DNA of 64,000 bases. Source: Lingula anatina. Its lineage: Eukaryota > Animalia > Brachiopoda. Location: contig CM120640.1 in NCBI GenBank assembly GCA_051362555.1, positions 59,746,788-59,810,787 of the forward strand, written 5' to 3'. Of this stretch, positions 13,009-32,672 are shown one piece after another. A program made the translations under genes and the position numbers. Under the pieces are notes generated by a model that worked only from the letters and a program-made list of their open reading frames with translations, was not told the origin of the DNA and did not search any database. Within the stretch, counting starts at the first letter, position 1; the number at the start of each line of letters is the position of its first letter.

Positions 13009-16000
13009 GTGAAAGAGAATGCAACAGTTCCTTTACATTTACTTCAAATAAAAACTTACATTTGATTTTAAAAAACACTTACAGCCTTGTCTTCATAGAA
13101 GTCACTTCCTCCCACTACAAATGTAACTGGTCTATAAGGATCTAGATATTTGGTATGGCCTATTACAGCTCTGAAATATCAGAGCCAATTATAAAAAAAT
13201 GCTAAAAGAAAAAGAGGGAGAACTAGAAAAGCACTCAGAGAGCGCAGACCTCCGCCAAGGCAGCAAAGTCTCCATCCAATGCCGTTTCACCCCTAAATTT
13301 TCATTCTATAATGATTTAGTTTTTTGACTTTTGATTATTGATTGATTATTTATCAGGATCACCACCAAAAACTAATCATCTGTGGCTTGGCTCACTTCTG
13401 ACAGTTCCTGAAAATTTCATCAAAATTGGTCCATAATTTAGTTATTTGATTTTTGATTCTTGATTGATTTTTGATCCAGATCACCACCAAAAACTAATCA
13501 CTTCTAAGTTAACCCATTTCTGACCTACCCTGAAAATTCCATCGAAATTCATCCATAACTTTTTGAGTTATGTTGATGACAAACAGACAGACAGTCAGAC
13601 AAACAGGGGTGAAAACATAACCTCCTTGGCGGAGGTAAAAATCTCCAAATTTCTTATATCATAGCATCATATATATAAATTACACAATTTTTGTTCTATT
13701 TAAAACAGTGTGCAGTGGCTATATGATTGACAAGCAAGACTAAGACATCACCGATTTAAAAGAATAATGGCTGATTTTTTCAGGTTGATTGTAACCAGAC
13801 TGTGTGCAATTCAAATTTAGAGTAATTTCACAAACTTACTTAAAGTATGGTCCAGCTTCAGGTCTAGCAGATCCTGGTTCATTGGCTACTGACCACATGA
13901 TAACAGATGGACGGTTCTTATCACGACGGACCAACTCCTCCATAACTTCCAAGTGGTGATTTAGAGATACCTTCCCCATGTTTGATACCCTGAGCAAACA
14001 TTTAAATTTTGGAACTGATTTTTGAAAGTGGTATGCATAATTGCAGCTAGTTACACACAGAACATACTGATGTATGGTACATAACCAGAACTGACAAAAC
14101 AATCATTTCTATGCTGTGAAAAATATGTACAAATACACACGAACAACAAAAATTGTTTCTATCCTTAGTATTTCCAAAATACTTCTACAATATTAAAAAA
14201 TCAATAATTACTGGTCTAAAGTGGTGTTTTCACAGGATTAAAACTGGTTCAACAAATTCCCTCATGTAAGCATGACTTACTAAATCTGAAGCCAAAAAAT
14301 CACACCATTAAAAGATATAGACTAAGTAGTATTTTTAAGCTCATACAGGTTGTTCCAGAAAATAAAAGGTTGGATCTTACTCTTTAATTCCCACTCCTGG
14401 GCATTCATCAATGACCACAATTCCCTGTTGGTCAGCCTGGTCCATGATTTCCTCAGCATATGGATAGTGGGAGGTCCGGAAACAGTTGGCACCAAGCCAT
14501 TTCAACAAGTTGAAATCCCTGGCTATCAGTGGATAGTCTAGACCCTTGCCTCTAATCTGAAAGAAACACTGAATTTTTATTACCTAAGAATATTGCATGT
14601 TTTATGTCCCTATTCTGTAAAGCATGGAAAATAATTTAAGATATATAAACAACTTTCAGATGTGAGATTTCTACTTCATAATAACTTATTGAAAACCAAT
14701 ATAAACAGTAATACTCAAATAAAACAATGCTGAAATCACAGATTTCAAGAACAGAATAGCTTTAAAATAACCTGTCCACCAAAATATAAAGGAACTTCTT
14801 CAAACAAGCATTATGCCTTAGAAGTATATGAAACAGTGCATGCAAGGCATGCAATATGGGCTCAAATTAAATGAATTTTTCTGACACATGTATCACATAG
14901 TTGGAAAAACTTTCACCACAACAAGCAACAGTATTAATTGAAAAAAAATACTCAATATATTATCTGATAAGATATATGTCAAATGATATGGCATGATGCA
15001 ATTACTATGTTATAATTACAATAGATATTTATTAACTTACATCAGCATCCTCATGCTTGGCAACTCCCTGGCAGTAGAAAGGCTTCCCATTGATCAACAA
15101 CTGGGTATTAGTCCATTCTACACTACGAATACCAAAGGGAAGACGATAAACATCTGCAATGTTCTTGGAGTCTTTGATTGCAACCTACAAAATTTAATCC
15201 TTTTGTTATATTTTCATGTGCATAAATTAACACAAAATGGCCACCCATTTCATAAAAATTCTGGCCATACAACTACAAAAAAAAAAAATCTATTTTTCAA
15301 TCATAAAAAAATGTGTATGACAATATGCCATTCAAAAAGGTTTCTACCACCACAAAGAGAAAAGATAATGATACTTTTTTACCAGTAACACATCTTTCTA
15401 AATTTAAAGCAAACATTCACCAAAAACATTTCTGAACTACCTTAAAAGTATACAAATAAGCTGGATCCTGGCCATTACTTGTATAAGGCCACCATAAATG
15501 AGGTTTTGGTATCATGATTTTTCCTCTGGGTTGGGAGCTACTTGCAACAGTCACTCCAGACTTATCAATGACATCAACTGTCAATGTAGCACCTGCTGTG
15601 TTTCCTTCAAGAGTTACATTATAGTCCACAACACCTGAAATATTGAAGTAAAATCAATAGACATGAGCCCAGATTAAAAAAAAAACTCTGAACATTTATC
15701 ATGGGACCCAATAATTAACCTTGACGAGTTTCAGAAACCATCAGAATTGAATTAAAAAACGCGAAATTCTGCTTTTCTGAAGAAAAAGCTCATGTCTGAA
15801 TCAATGATTCCAATGGACAAAGTTTGCTTGGACACAAAATGACAAAAGTAACAAAATTTGACACAAGAAAAGATATCAAAAATTGTATGTATTAACTCCT
15901 AGAGCCCAGAAAAACATATCTGAATTCTCTTACCTGATGTGTCTCTGGTTACTATGGTGATATCATCTATGTAAGTCCTTGGTGTGGAGTACAGTCTCAC

Positions 16001-17783
16001 AGAACGATGAATGCCAGCATAATTAAAAAAATCCATTTGTAAATTTTGGACAAAATAACCAGCAGGATACCTGAAAAAGAAAATGTTTGCAGCATAAAGA
16101 AGCCACATATGGCCATATTAAAAGTTTTTCAGCACTGATCAACAAATCAGCAACAAATTCTTAGAGTTACAGTGTACTGATCTACAAATTAGATAAAACA
16201 GTATACCTAAAACAATATTTTACCTATTTTTGTCCGTCTTGTATTCAATACTTCCTGGTGGAAGGGTGGTTGGGGAAAGTGTGTTGTTTATTGTAATAGT
16301 TATTCTGTTTTCCCCAGCAAAGTTCAGTGCTTTGTTAACTTCTGCCTCAAAAGGTAAATGTCCTCCACTGTGATTCATGACCTGTATTGAATTCACCCAC
16401 TGCACATGCAATTGAAAGAGATTTTTTGTTTATGCTTTGGTCACACAATATAAAACTAGCATATTTTATTTCTGCAAAATGCCATTTGTAAATTGCCTCC
16501 AGTCTCTGTGAACAATTTTATTCTGGTGTTTGCCAACACTTCACAGATCTACAAAAAGTTAATCATTGAATATTACTTAAACAACATCCTAATATTTACA
16601 TACATGTAGATACACTCATATAACTTATAAGTGCCTTATACTTGAAGTATGTGGCAGTTTCCTTTCCAGTGCAACATGGCTCCAAGGTCTACTGAATAAC
16701 AAATATTTCAAATTTGACTAAAATAAGGCAAAAAAATCTATCAATGCATACCACAATAGAATTGTAATGTGCGCTGTCCACCCTCAAAACCACCCTTTTA
16801 TTCTGCCATTCAGGTGATACAAAGAAAGTTCTGTCATACCACGTCCATCCTACAAAGTCTCTCAGGGACTGGTTAGTTGTGATATCATTATAGCTAGATG
16901 GCACTGGCATTGGGATGACTGGACCTGTCTAAAATTAAAAAATAAATAAATAAATAAAGACAAGTGATAATATTTATCGTAATGTCAATAATATTAACCA
17001 ACATGAAAAGGAAATATAAAACCAAAAGGTTAATTAATTAATTAATTCTCAACTGTTCATGGTTTAAGTAGTTGTTCCTGTGGGTATTTATATTAAATTC
17101 AATTTCTTTTTTTTTTCTATTCTGTATTTACCCTTTCCTATGTCAAATATGAATTAAAATGGGGTAACCTGAGTGAAAAGGGGGGGGGGGGTAGTTCAGT
17201 ATGATAGGGTCAAATGGTCCGGTCTAGACTGATATATATATATATCTAATTATCCAATCTACTCGGTATTTCAATTGAAACAAGCTTTAAAATGTTACAT
17301 AAATAGGTATTTATTGTTGAATCCGCTTGATTCCGCTACTTTTTTTTTATTCCGCTAAATAGTAGGACCCCAATCTACTGGGTTAGTAGAGGCAGAGGTC
17401 CTGTAACTCAATGTGTAACTGTAAAGATTTTGCCTGTAACTAGATATACTAAATACATGCATATCATGTTGAAACAAAACAAGCATATATAGGAACGTAT
17501 ATAATGGTGATTACTAATAACGCATTCACATAAAATAATTGTACATCGCACACTGACAGATGTCATAAAAATACGCCCACATCACCTGATCGAGTGGCTT
17601 TGCAAACCACTTTTGATCAAAGCCCCTCAATCTATTTGGGGAATAATCTGCTCTGAACTTCCACATGCCATTTAATTCCTGTATCTGTCTGCTCTCTGAC
17701 TCCCTTGGATACAGCATTCCACCACGGATTGCCCATACTTCTTGCACTAAGAAGAAAACTACAAGAAAAATTCCCCACAACAT
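11790..17783 (-). CDS. GUSB: Beta-glucuronidase (GH2), canonical copy, 12 exons
   Basis: Exons approx. 17783-17586, 16928-16752, 16400-16224, 16070-15934, 15634-15441, 15184-15041, 14556-14381, 13989-13840, 13150-13083, 12720-12544, 12349-12213, 11956-11790. Intact motifs DFFNYAG, KHEDAD, WSVANEP (acid/base Glu), NHYYAWY, TEYGAD (nucleophile), RVDGNKKG. Confidence 0.96.
12966..13005. repeat. (GA)n microsatellite
   Basis: Direct reading. Confidence 0.9.
13221..13638 (+). mobile_element. Helentron-associated (HINE/DINE-like) element in a GUSB intron
   Basis: 5' AACTAGAAAAGCACTCAGAGAGCGCAGACCTCCGCCAAGG, two ~120-bp internal tandem units (GATCACCACCAAAAACTAATCA), a CAGA microsatellite, and 3' CCTCCTTGGCGGAGGTAA, which is inverted relative to the 5' ACCTCCGCCAAGG. 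Confidence 0.75.
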
Positions 17784-17789
17784 TACAGC

Positions 17790-18050
17790 CCTGTTTCAAC
17801 CACTGCCGCCGGTACGCGCAATGAATATTGGGAATTAAAGCACGCGCTCATGATTGGCTTGTTGTCGGGTCAACGTAATTGGTGTTTCTAAAAATAGTAA
17901 CAAGTCAGCGCTTATAAATATGAGTATGCAGCGGAAGCTGCTGAATAGGAAAGAAATTCGATTGGTTTCGGCAGGTAATAGCGTCTTTTATTACTGATTT
18001 TATCATAGATAGAGCTTCTATATATACACAAGATAAAGAACTCTCGAGGT
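17790..18050. promoter_or_regulatory. Probable shared divergent promoter of GUSB and MAPK7
   Basis: Locally CpG-richer, ATTGG (CCAAT) boxes near 17853, 17878 and 17961, and a candidate 5'UTR donor GAG/GTATGT at ~18049. The genes are head-to-head. Confidence 0.45.
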
Positions 18051-19286
18051 ATGTTGATACCGTATTTGTAACTAAATTTAGGTTTGACTGTTTTGCCAGT
18101 TGGTTGTTGGGTATTGTGGTCTCAGAGTGAGGATAACATTTTGAGATAAAATTTAGCTCCTCTTGAGTCATACTTTTTGGAAGTAAGCGAATGCATTGGG
18201 TCTTTGCTCAGTTCTTTCACCCCAGAATCTATTTCCTAATTATTTTGGCCCATGTATGCAATCTGCATATTTAAGCGGTAAATAAGGTGACTCCACCCAG
18301 GCAAGATCCATATCATGCTGTTTTTTAGTTCACTAATACACCACCATTAGTTCACTTTACACATCACCACACTGTTGCTTTTATAACGGCTGTCTTTCGG
18401 GGCAAATTGGTTCAGATGCTCTGCAGTAGGGTGAATTATGCCTAATCTCTTGGGACAGAAATCGATAAAAATCGAAGCATTTTGAGCAGAAAAAAACTGC
18501 CAATTCGTGAAACATATAGAGGATTACACACCGAACAAGTACAGGTAGATATATGGAACATTGCCGCACTGCAGTAACCTTCTTTTTTTACCTTATCTCT
18601 CTCCATGTTACTTCTTTCATCCCAATCTGATTGGGGTTATCAAGGGGACCCATTTTGAAGGCCTCCAACATAACCAAGGGGATGAGGGACATCCTAGATG
18701 AATCTGTCCAATAGTACATATAGAATCCAGGTAGAGATCCAAGGTGCATTAAGTGCATTTCTACTAGGGATAATGTTGAAGGGGAAGCCATATATTTTGT
18801 TTGGCATTGAAATGTATTGCCTTTGACAATTATGGTTCTGTTACTTTTCAGGCACTCCTCTTATATATTAGTAAATGAAGCCATATACTAACTACTGGCA
18901 GCTGTGTATTATATTAAATATGTCACTAGTCTATAATGTTATGAGATATTGCTAAAGTTTCATTTTATTGTATAGAATTTTTCTTCATCTGAGACATTTT
19001 TATTCTCAAATGATTGCGTATGTCATCTGAATGTATGCAACCTTAACATAGAAGTGAACATTTACTAGAAAATATAAATATGTTTACCCTAGATAAAGGC
19101 TATTCCTGCAGTAACTGCATGTGACCTATGGTGTGCTTGTAGCATTTTTTAATATATAGCAGTGAATACTTGCATATATATTGATTCTGTGTTATGTGTA
19201 TGACCATGAAAGCAGATTGCCCATTTCTTCTGTAAATATAAGTCTTAAGGCTCTTATTAAATATTACCATTAAGGTACCCTTTTGA

Positions 19287-25137
<5,851 letters not shown>

Positions 25138-25782
25138 TGGGAGAAAAAATTGAAACTGGAGCTGATACATTGCATTCACTTCTTATTTTACTTGCAAAAC
25201 TTGACATATTCTTTAGTAACTCTTCATTGTTTTAGTTTTAATTAAGATGGACATTCTTAACACTTTGCATAATATACAAATAATTATATAATACTGAATA
25301 TTTACTTTTGTTTTTTACAGAAAAACTGTTTTTACCAATTTATTATTAATTCGGTAAAAACATTTCATTCTCTTGTAAAGAAATTGTAAGCAAAAATATA
25401 AAAGACAATAATTAGGCTCCATGTGAACAGGGTTTTTTAAAAACGTACGTATTCTCAATTTAAAAAAAAACGCTGTGAAAGTTATCAACAAACAAAACTA
25501 CAAAAATTTATACGGCAAGCCTGGAGAAATTTATGTTGCAAAGCAGCTATTGCATATCCTCATGGAGTAGAGTCAAGTGCAAAATAATTAGATTGCCATG
25601 AGAACTAGATGGTTTCAGCTGGACGGGGTACCTCTCTCTGCCATGGCCACCAGGGCTTCTCTTCATCAGCTGCAACTAATTCCTAAACTTTTTCATTCCA
25701 CGAGGACGGATCTTAACCAAATGGTTCGCCCTATTTTTGCAATAAAGGTCAAATATTGCCCAGAGGGTATGTCGATGTGACA

Positions 25783-25918
25783 GAAATGGTAATCCGCTTG
25801 GAACTGAAGACCGTTTCCCATTACTGTGTAAGGTGACATTCGTCCCATACACAAACCCCCATACTACACTACCCCCTGTACTAATCATACGAGACCCTGG
25901 ACTTCCATTCCTAGGACT
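25783..25918. repeat. Dispersed repeat, second copy at ~50111-50248 in TLCD3 intron 1
   Basis: Shared blocks AATGG(T/A)A..CCGCT(T/A)GGAAC, AGGTGACATT..CCATA, AACCCC and GACTTC..ATTC(C/T)TAGGACT in the same order. Confidence 0.6.
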
Positions 25919-26802
25919 GCCATCCCGGTCACACCCGTTTCGATGCTGATGGGCTGACATTTAGAATTTAGTTAGCTGTGTTTGCGTGTGAAAGTATTCG
26001 ATTTTTCCCCTTTTATGTGCTATCAACATAAATCTGGCATATTTTAAAATAAGTGCATAGGGGCAGATTTTTATTGTCCGTTTTATGTCTCTTAGTGTGC
26101 GGCGTAACAATGGACGACTAGTTGCTACGCAGGTTTCGTTTGTCCTTGCCATGCTCGCGAGGTGCGATTTTAAAAGATTGTAAAATTTGCTAACAGTTTT
26201 TTTTTTTCAAACGCACAATATTCGGGGAAAGGTAATACCGGCGAGTTATTTGGTTGGGATTGGATTTTGGTTGCGTTGTTAATTTTTTGTATTAAATACT
26301 AAAGGTGAAAACGACCGAAATGACAGCTCGTTTACGTAAAAGTAGAATTTCTTGAAAAAAGAAAGAAATGATCATATCAAACACTAAATACGCGTGCTGA
26401 AATCGAAGTATTTTCTTTCTACTGCAACAACTCCCCATCGTTCGTTTTTTCTGACCATAGATTCCGCAATGCATTAACCAATTTTTAGTGACGAGAAAAG
26501 CTTTTGTTTCATAAACCACGAAGTACGGGGCTTCTTGCAATTGAAATCCAAATACCTTTAGATGTATTCTATTAACAGACCTATAAAGAATGTACCAATG
26601 TAACAAGCAACCAAACGCTATTTACAACAATGATCTATTTATTTCAATCGCCACATTGATGTAATGAAATGCATTCGTTGTTGAAACAACGGAACAAAAT
26701 GCAAAAAAAAAAAAACAATGGCCGATCAAGTAACAAACAAGATTTCAAAGCAAAATTTCATGAACCAAATTGTATGATTTTCAAAGTTAGTGTAAACCGA
26801 TA

Positions 26803-28062
26803 TTATCCATTAACAGTCTTGGCGGCAAGTCCTCGTGTTGCCGACTTGTTACGAACGTATGCAAAGAAACACGCGGACACGCAGCAAAAAGCAATGATGA
26901 TGAGGCCAACTAACACAGCAAGAACAACAAAACTGAACTGATTTAGGCAGAATCCGTTTGCATCCGATTTTTGCACGGGTATCGGCGCTTTAGGCGATGG
27001 TTGTTTAACTTTGGGCACTTCCACTAGTGGTGGGGCAAGCGTCGTTAAATCAGATTCTGGATCAATGACATGAACAAAATAACCCAACGCTACAGAAGCA
27101 GGTCCTCTCTCTTCAGTTTCGGCTGAATAGTCGGGCTCCGCGGTGTCCAGGTTGCTCTGGATGTACTCTTCTTCCTCTGCAGCTCGTCGTCGGCGTCGTC
27201 CCCAGCTCATTTCGTTGTTGGAACAGTTCTTTGGTCCGCAGTCAGTGCTGTTTTTGTCGCAGGCCTTCACGGTGCAGAAAAAACCCATTGTCCTATTGGT
27301 ATCGTGTCGAGGAGTCATCAGAAACATTGGAAAGGTGGCAGACAATTTTTTGGTAGTGCTATCTTGTGTGAAAACGGTGAAAAAGGGGACGCTGGGACAA
27401 CTGTTTGAGATGAGGTAGAGGTACTTCCAGGTTTCGGTTGAGGAATTCTTAGTGACACCGGCAGCCCAGCAGCTGAGTGCCTCTATCTTAACATGTGCAT
27501 ACGGTGTCGGTATAATTTCCATCGTAACATTACCACCCAAAACAACGGGGTCGGAATTCAAATCAATTATGGCGCCGGTAGATGTATTCTTCAACACTAA
27601 AGTTATGTTGATATCTAGTGCTGGTATATTGGCAGTTTGTCCGATAATTGGAATGATTTCTCCCGCCGGTACATAGGCAGAAACGTTGGTCATAGTGGTT
27701 GCGTAAAGAGACTTGGCACAAGCAAACGTCTTGGCCGAATCTATTGTTTCCAGGTAATAGTCCTTATCATGGAGAATGATAACGGTGAAATTTGTATCGT
27801 AAGCTGTGCCACACTGCCCAATGGATACATTCAGGACCCAGGGTGATGCAGCTATGAAACAGCCTGCAGTGCTGTAATGGCCGTCTACGTACATTCGCCC
27901 TTCAGTGGGAAGGTAATTGCCGTCGGTCACTTCAATGGAGGCCTGGTTCGTGCCGCAGACTAGATTCGTGGCTAGATTGGCTGCATGGACCGTTGTCAAT
28001 AAGGCAGAAATTATAACCAGAGAGAAACCTAGTAGAGTGCCTTCGCGCAGCGAGACGAACAT
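26803..28062 (-). CDS. Single-exon zona pellucida (ZP) domain membrane protein (cuticlin/vitelline-envelope ZP-like)
   Basis: 419-aa ORF: signal peptide, ZP-type Cys pattern (LVCG, AGCF, GQCG, FAC, SCWA, NSCP, FCTVKAC), polybasic furin site RRRRR, hydrophobic patch, C-terminal TM helix and short tail. Confidence 0.85.
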   Translation of the reverse strand: MFVSLREGTLLGFSLVIISALLTTVHAANLATNLVCGTNQASIEVTDGNYLPTEGRMYVDGHYSTAGCFIAASPWVLNVSIGQCGTAYDTNFTVIILHDKDYYLETIDSAKTFACAKSLYATTMTNVSAYVPAGEIIPIIGQTANIPALDINITLVLKNTSTGAIIDLNSDPVVLGGNVTMEIIPTPYAHVKIEALSCWAAGVTKNSSTETWKYLYLISNSCPSVPFFTVFTQDSTTKKLSATFPMFLMTPRHDTNRTMGFFCTVKACDKNSTDCGPKNCSNNEMSWGRRRRRAAEEEEYIQSNLDTAEPDYSAETEERGPASVALGYFVHVIDPESDLTTLAPPLVEVPKVKQPSPKAPIPVQKSDANGFCLNQFSFVVLAVLVGLIIIAFCCVSACFFAYVRNKSATRGLAAKTVNG

Positions 28063-28325
28063 CTTCCTTTATTGCTGAAACGACCAAATGAAAAACAATA
28101 ACCACACTGGGTAAGGCCACTGGAGGGGAATGGACTTCGTTTCTTAAATCAAAATTGTCAAGCAAATGGAATATTAGAGTGAGACGACAAAACGTTGAAT
28201 TGCTGCAATGCGACAAGTTATTATAAATCCCCGCCGGTTGGGAAATCAGTTATAATTTTTTCAGATAAAATTTGGAAGAAAGCCACAAATAGATATCAAT
28301 GTAAATTTTACTTCAGATAATTGCC

Positions 28326-28654
28326 TTAAAGGTACACTCCATAAGATTTAACCGCCAAAATGGATTTTCAGGGATAAATAAGTAAATTTCTCATACCCAC
28401 TAATCATTTATCTATCCCTCTCTACAGTTGGATTCGATAAAATTGGTTGATTTGAGCTTAAATTGACTGGACAGTCATTCTAACAGCGACCGTTTTCCTA
28501 TAAGCTCCTATGGTGATATCAATATCCGGAATGCTCCAGAAAAAGTTACTAGAGGGGTTAAATCATTTTAAGGTGTATGTAAGGTTTTAATAGAAGCTGT
28601 GAATGGCAAAAATAAGCATTTGGAGATTTTCAAACCTATGGTGTGTATCTTTAA
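28326..28654. mobile_element. TTAA-flanked MITE (Kolobok/piggyBac-like target site)
   Basis: TTAA-AGGTACACTCCATAAG ... CCTATGGTGTGTATCT-TTAA imperfect terminal inverted repeats. Confidence 0.55.
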
Positions 28655-29824
28655 AACTTCCGCACTTATATATTTTAATTATTCACTACGAGGACTTACG
28701 TGCACGTGCTGGAAAATAATGACGGCCTGTCCAATGGAAGCGTGTGCGTCGAGAGCTCTACCACCGGTTCTGCGATGATCAACTGCTCAAAACGCCCAGA
28801 AGCTGCAGCTTATATCCAAGCTTGGCACGTGGTTAGGTGAGGCCCAGAACACTTCGCTCAGTGTCGTTAGTTTGGATCACAAACTGTTATAGGGGGTGTG
28901 GATAGTCAAATTAAGTCGCTTTGTGAAATATGACGGTCAAAAAAAGAATTTGCGCTAAAGAGCTTGTGAGAGTGTCATGCACTCAACTAATATTCATTGC
29001 ACTCGGAAGCAATAACGCTTGTTTCGATATTAAAAAGCTTATATGCGATATACATAGTAACCCATGTTGCAGAGTGAGATCTGCTGTATTCCGCATGCAC
29101 CACTCAGCTTTGAGGTTTTCTAAGTTAATACGTCATAATAGACAGAGCAAAATTACTCTATCCCAAGGTCAGCTGTGATGTCATGATGTCATTCTTTTTC
29201 AATGGCAAGGTCCTCGCTAGACAGTACAGAAATGTGCACAGAATCAGCCGTAAAATGTCTGTGAATATCTACTAAAACAAACTCTCTGTGGCCCTGGTAA
29301 AGGGTAGCGCAAACCAGTAACGCTGTTTGGTCAGACCCTGGGCATTTGGAGCAGATATATAAGGTCACACTATAAAACCACGTTGAACGCCACCTGCTCA
29401 AGTGATAATTTTGTCAAAAAAAAAATCGGGAGCGGGGGTTTGAATAGGCTTACTTTATGTATCAAACAAAATCGAGGAACTTGAAGATTAAGACCCATAT
29501 CTTTTAATTTATTTTCTTTCACAAAATATGTAGTACTATTGATGAAGCGTCACAGAATACGAATTTTGTTCTAAACACGTTCTCCATATAAATTTTTTAT
29601 AATTCCTATCGTCCGCAGAAGAAAATATGATGCTTTCATTGTAATTGTGGTTCTTTATGGTGCTAAATCTGGGGTGGCGTACGATTTTCTATGTACAACT
29701 AACATTTTGATTGTTCTAAACACGACATGTCTTATCCATAAGTGGTACACGCTGGTACAAAATCACGTCTAATGCGTTTTAAGAATCAAAATACAACCGT
29801 CTCCCCCATTCCAGAGACAAAAAT

Positions 29825-30572
29825 AACTAGATGGTGTCAATGGGTAGCCATCGCATATCCCCGCACTTCCCCATATTATCAAGAGCACCTCACCCCTAGG
29901 GACCACTTACCACACATGCACGTACACACGCACGTACGCACACACATACACACACATCACTGCTTCATCCAAAGGTATTTAAAAATATATATATACAATG
30001 TGAAAAGAATTTAGAATCAAGCCCCCTCCCCCCCCCCCCCCCCCCCCCGGGGACGGCCCAATCCCCTGTGGGACTAAAATTCCAAAATGCCCATGCACAT
30101 CCCTGATGATGGGTCTACCAATTCCAAAAGTTTCAGTTTCCTATCTGTAATGGTCTAAGAGGAGATAGTGAAAATTACAATGTTATAAGAATTTAGAATC
30201 AACCATCCCCCCGGGGACAGCCCAACCTCCTGTGGCACTAAGATTCCAAAATGCCCATGCACATCCCTGATGATGGATCTTCCAATTCCCATAGTTTCAA
30301 TTTCCAATCTCTAACGGTCTAGGAGGAGATAGCAGAAATTACATTGTCATAAGAATTTTGAATCAACTACCCCCAGGGACAGCCCAACCCCCTGTTGCAC
30401 TAAAATTCCAAAATGCCCATGCACATCCCTGATGATGGGTCTACCAATCCCCAAAGTTTCAACTTCCTACCTGCAATAGTCTAGGAGGAGATAGCGGAAA
30501 TTACTAACACACAGACGCACGGACGGGCGGGATAACATGATCCCCGACTTTTGTCCCTAAAGTGCGGGGATA
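29825..30572 (+). mobile_element. Helentron-associated element carrying three ~165-180 bp tandem repeats
   Basis: Starts AACTAGATGG; subterminal TATCCCCGCACTT is inverted at the end (AAGTGCGGGGATA). Three units contain ATTCCAAAATGCCCATGCACATCCCTGATGATGG at ~30080, 30245, 30405. ACGG microsatellite and 3' hairpin. Confidence 0.75.
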
Positions 30573-30784
30573 ATAATATTTAAATAAATAAATAAATAAA
30601 AAAGTTCCAGCTTTACCCGTTTAATAAAGTGCTGTGCATTCGAAGTGCGCTCCAACTATTGAGGTCTGCAGAGACTGCGAACTGTTTCAAAAGCATTTAC
30701 CCAGATGATGTAAATTACAAATAATAATAATAATAAAGGAATAAAACAAATGTTTTTTTTTTTTAATTTAAAAAGGGCAAGTAG

Positions 30785-32672
30785 CAGGGGCGGATCCAGG
30801 ATTATTTGAAGGGGGGGGGGGGTCCGCGGATGCGAGGCCGACCCCCCCCCCTCCCCCCCGGGCCCCGAAAATATTCGGTATTTTAGAGGGCGAACGGTGC
30901 CATTTGTACGGTTTAGAACTACAGGGTTGCTACTTAATATGGAATATTTTTTATCATTGTTATTTTTTAGTGCTGATTAAATTTTTTTTGGCTTGAGTCA
31001 TTAAAAAAGTATGCCACTGAGTAATAAAAACATCCAGTCTTCTGTTCTGAGATAGTTTGGTCAATGATATCAAATCTGACCTAAGATGCCATTCAAAAGA
31101 AAGGAACACCCACAGAAAACCATATCAACAGTTTAATGTCAGTATTAACTTTAAGCTAAGATATTAAAGTAAATGATAGCCTCCGGACAGTGATATGTTA
31201 CACAGTCAAAAAACTCACTACATAAATCATGAAAAGTCAGTAATTGCGGGTATGACCTCCAGCAGCCGCTTGCAGCGCCCTCATCCTACATGGCATACCT
31301 TGTAACACGTTTTTTAGAGTTTGGATGGGGATATCATTCCACGCAGTGATATTTGCCTGTCGCAGTTCATCACTATTTACCGGTCGATGACCATAGCTAT
31401 TAATTCTGTGAGTTACTTTTGCCCAAAGATTTTCAATTGGGTTCATATCTGGAGAGTTTGCAGGCCAGGGCAGTTGCTGAACCCATTGGTTTTGAAGAAA
31501 AACAGTGATTCTGCGGCCTCGATGTGGGGTTGCACAGTCGTCATGGTACACAAATTTGTTCCTGAAGATGGCTCTTACCAATCGAAGCATCGTTTGCTGT
31601 AGAATGCCTCTGTAGGAATCCTGGCTGAGGTTGCCTCTTAGAAAAACCAACTGGTTCTGGGCACCGACATGAAATGCTCCTCAAACAGAGACGTTACAAG
31701 CCCCGCTTGCACCCTAGGCAGTACACAATCATCGTTTTATGCCCCTCGTACACGTCTGTGGACACAGATTCGACCATCAACCCTAAAAAATCCATTTCTG
31801 GCCTCATCACTGAAAACGACGTGATTCCAGTGTTTTGGCTGCAAACGCACGTGGTCCCCAGCCCATTGCAGACGTCGCTGTATATGACCTGCTGTTAACA
31901 GCGGTTTCCCTACTGGCCTTCGTGCAAAATGACCGCTTGCAGTAATCTCTTGTTCACGATTGACCTTGAAACGGGCGTTTGAATGACATTTTGCCTCTCT
32001 TTTCTGAGGGCACTGGTTGTCTTTGTACGACCAGCACGGCTTCCTCTAAGGAGAAGGCAATCCTGTCTTCTTGGTGTGATACGCGGACACCCTGGTCGAG
32101 GTACTTGAGTAGATGCCCCTGTTGCATCGTTTCTTTGGAGGACTTTATAAACGGTTCTTGATAAATGTTGAATTACCTGGCAATGGCTGTCCGTTTCTGG
32201 ACATTTTCTCTGAGAGCAAGAGTCCCATAGTAAGCTGCGTTGCTTAGCTGTCGAACCATATCTCCAATAAGGTACCTGTCAAGTTTCAGACCGATCCCTT
32301 TGTTGCTTCTCTAAACACACTCCAAAGATTGACCAAACCCATGCGTTTTTATACAAGGGCAGAAATTGCCGAAAAGACCACCCCTCACATTTCTGACCAC
32401 AGAACATGCAACTTCATGCATCAATTGTTTCGAGAGTTGTGTGGTAATAAGGTAACACACCTGGCTACACATGGAGGGACACCTCAGCTTTGGATTTAAA
32501 GTAGTTAGAGAGAAATTAAATCTTTTGTAGAAAATTTACTCGCCAAAAATAATATTCCATATTAAGTGGTAACCCTGTATGATCCAGCAAGTCAAAATTC
32601 TAATTTTAAGAGGGGACTAAAAATCGAAGGGGGGATCAGGACCCCGCTGACCCCCCGATAAATCCGCCACTG
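30785..32672. mobile_element. CAGGGGCGGATCC-type MITE split by a Tc1 insertion, 5-bp TSD AGTAG
   Basis: Left end CAGGGGCGGATCCAGG, right end AATCCGCCACTG, AGTAG directly on both sides. A related left end occurs at 2168. Confidence 0.7.
30922..32577 (-). mobile_element. Full-length but decayed Tc1/mariner DNA transposon
   Basis: TIRs CAGGGTTGCTACTTAATATGGAATATT / AATATTCCATATTAAGTGGTAACCCTG, each flanked by TA. Broken transposase ~32259-31237 with VIFSDEA, HDDCATPH and WPANSPDMNPIENLW motifs. Confidence 0.9.

Noticed and set aside
27143-27846. Plus-strand ORFs inside the ZP gene
   Set aside because: Antisense shadows of a GC-richer coding sequence.
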